Shown here piece after piece: positions 61,821-64,000 of a stretch of 64,000 nt of DNA. Made by a program: the position numbers and the translations under genes. Positions within the stretch are counted from its first letter, which is position 1; every line of letters begins with the position of its first letter. Below the pieces are notes generated by a model. That model did not search any database. It was not told the origin of the DNA and saw only the letters and a program-made list of their open reading frames with translations. Source of the stretch: Takakia lepidozioides (Eukaryota; Plantae; Bryophyta); contig CM060732.1 in the NCBI GenBank assembly GCA_030704615.1, positions 8,804,001-8,868,000 on the forward strand, read 5' to 3'.

Positions 61821-64000
61821 TTAGGCAAATGGGGATGATGACATAGCAGCCCCTGCTGCAGCATCTGACCGTCGGACAGTTCCCATACCACAGATGGTAC
61901 AGCCAAGGGAGGCTAATGCTGAAAATTTTGCACTACAAACCTCACAGCTGTCGTGGCCAATTGTGGGAAGCCAGCCAAGTGTGGCTGCACAGAATTGTGA
62001 TGGATCTTCCTCACCATCAATTGTCCGGTCGTTCAACCCCCGTTGAATGCACACATTAATAAGGGCCCTCAGTTCATCCTGCTTGTTTGCAGGTGCCTTA
62101 GAAAGTAAGAGGTTGAGCATTCGCTTGGAGAAGCCATAATTTTGCACATCCATGTTACGTTTAATAGCCGTCCGGATGCATACTATGTGATGCTTGGCTT
62201 GGAGAGGGAGAGAACTGAGGTGACGTGCAAGCCGTGCTATCTCTTCCCTCGCACTCCCTGAGCCCTGTCCTTCCAGCCTTTGTAACCGCACTATTTCCTG
62301 GAAGACGCAACATTTTTAACACCTAAGCTGCCATCCCTGTATAATAACTGTGGAAGTAAACTTATGTTCCACAGAACCTTCAACCTTCACCAACCACAGA
62401 AAGCCAAAGATAAGAGAGGAAAAGAAACCAAAAGTGCAGACCTCGATGCAGGGCTTCTTACAGTAAGCTTAGACCTCAAAGCGAATATTGATTATATGAT
62501 GAATTCCATGACTGGAGGTGGAGGATACTTGTTTGTACCTAATGTGACAGATACAAATTTGACTGATGAAGACCACCTTGAAGCCTAAATGAAGTCCAGA
62601 CTGTACAGTGCATTCTGCTCAAGGAGCAGTCAATTGTAGCGACGACCAAAACAGAACCAGAGACAAATGGATAGACACGTTACCTGAAGGAGGAGTACAG
62701 CCAACTTATACTGTGCACAAATTCGAGCCTGAGGTTTGATATCGGTGCCAAGGGAGAGATCTTTGGCCATGGCTAAGAAGGCTTCATCCAAACAGGACAT
62801 GGCATCCTTGAGTTGATTTTGCTCTATGTGAACCATCCCGATCTTAAAGCAAGTGGAGGCTGGTGCTCCTCTCGGAATCTGTCAAGAGAAATCACAAAGT
62901 TGACTGAAAAGGATGCAATAGTATATTACTGAAACCAGTCCGACAAAGATTACTTTGACCTTATCAATCAGAATATAGAAGTATTTAAAGAGGTCCATAA
63001 GATTCTTTACTGGTTATGACATCAAGCTAGCGCCTTTCTGATGAAACCGAAGGTCCTGGTCAAAGGATTCTGGATGGGGGTATGTTGGGGTTTAATGTGG
63101 TATATATGAGTGCTCACTTAGCCTCCACACAGGACTGCCAGTGCCAGTATGTAAAAGATCTGCATAGCAAATCTGAGAAGTAATTCCCATGTTGGATAGA
63201 GAGGCATGACTAACTAGTAAGACTCTGCACCAAGCAACAGCACACATGACTGGTTGAGAAGTTTCTGCTTCAAAGCAACAGCATTGCACGAGGAACATAC
63301 CTGCCCAGGCTTAACTGGGCCACTGGTTTGTGAACTAGGACGTGCAGGACCTCTGTTTTGCCTGTCAAAGAGCACCCTTCCTGTTCCATTGGCATGGGCC
63401 CTGCCAACACCCTCAAAGCTACCAAGATCTGCCTCAGAGGATGGGGCCTGGGCATTAACTTGGGGTGGCACACCACCATCTGGCAGACCTAAGCCAGAAT
63501 TAGATGCCTCCTGTGATACCTTCCCTGATTGGTACACCGTCGTTTGAGGAGCAATGACTCCCGCTACATAATTTCCCTGTTGTGGTGGAATCCCACCTCC
63601 AGGGGGAACAAAATTCCCTTGGGCAGGTACCCCGCCTCCTTGAGCCACAAACACAGCTTCAAAAGTAGGCCCTCCTGCGCCTGGGTAACCATACATTCCC
63701 TGCCGTTGTCCACCTCCAGGAAAAGCCACAAAACCAGGTGCTGGAAATGCCTGCTGTCCAGGAAAACCCATTGCAGCAGCCCCTGGTACCTGTCCATAAG
63801 TCTGTGGCTGCTGAGAAGCGGCAAACCGGGTGTCTCCATGGAAAGGAACAATTGCCCCAGGCCCTGGTGTTGTTTCTTTCCAGAAGTCCTCTGGAATCGG
63901 TCCTGCTGCAACTCCCATACCCATCATCACAGGAAGAGAGGGTGCAGATGTGATGGGTGGAGGAAATGCTCCAACAGGCTCAACCACCATGTCCTGGGAA
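61821..64000 (-). CDS. TWD40-1: 3' exons of a TWD40-1-like WD40 protein (TPLATE/TSET complex); the gene continues beyond the window
   Basis: Exons >64000-63301, 62878-62684, 62297-61821. Pro/Gly-rich linker with GPIPEDFW, CFKIGMVHIEQNQL..DEAFLA..ICAQYK, LPLQAKH..CIRTAIKRNMDVQNY, EDPSQFCAATL, CEVC..CTICGMG. Symbol assigned from recall of the Arabidopsis protein. Confidence 0.85.

Overview
Eukaryotic nuclear DNA from a land plant, probably a non-seed plant (inferred from the TE types and PLS-class PPR motifs). Host genes with spliceosomal introns: a THUMP-domain tRNA-modification adaptor (-), a plastid-type MurE/PAP11-like gene head-to-head with it (+), a small C2HC zinc-finger plant protein (-), a conserved uncharacterised signal-peptide protein (-), and the 3' end of a TWD40-1-like (TPLATE/TSET complex) gene (-). 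The centre is TE-dominated. (i) About 19-32 kb is a scrambled Mutator-like block with split transposase halves in opposite orientations, a Ptta/En-Spm-like gene, a spliced ParB-like-domain gene and a higher-order tandem repeat array. (ii) 32589-50057 is one 17.5-kb Athila-like Ty3/gypsy LTR retrotransposon with 1.6-kb TG..CA LTRs, a GTCCT target-site duplication, PBS and PPT. It carries a degenerate gag-pol, a long extra ORF and a block of PPR pseudogene fragments. The most striking observation is that each LTR encodes three tandem, separately initiated F-box-like mini-ORFs downstream of the LTR TATA box. LINE fragments, an older gypsy remnant and a hAT-type MITE are also present. All family assignments come from motif recognition, not database searches.
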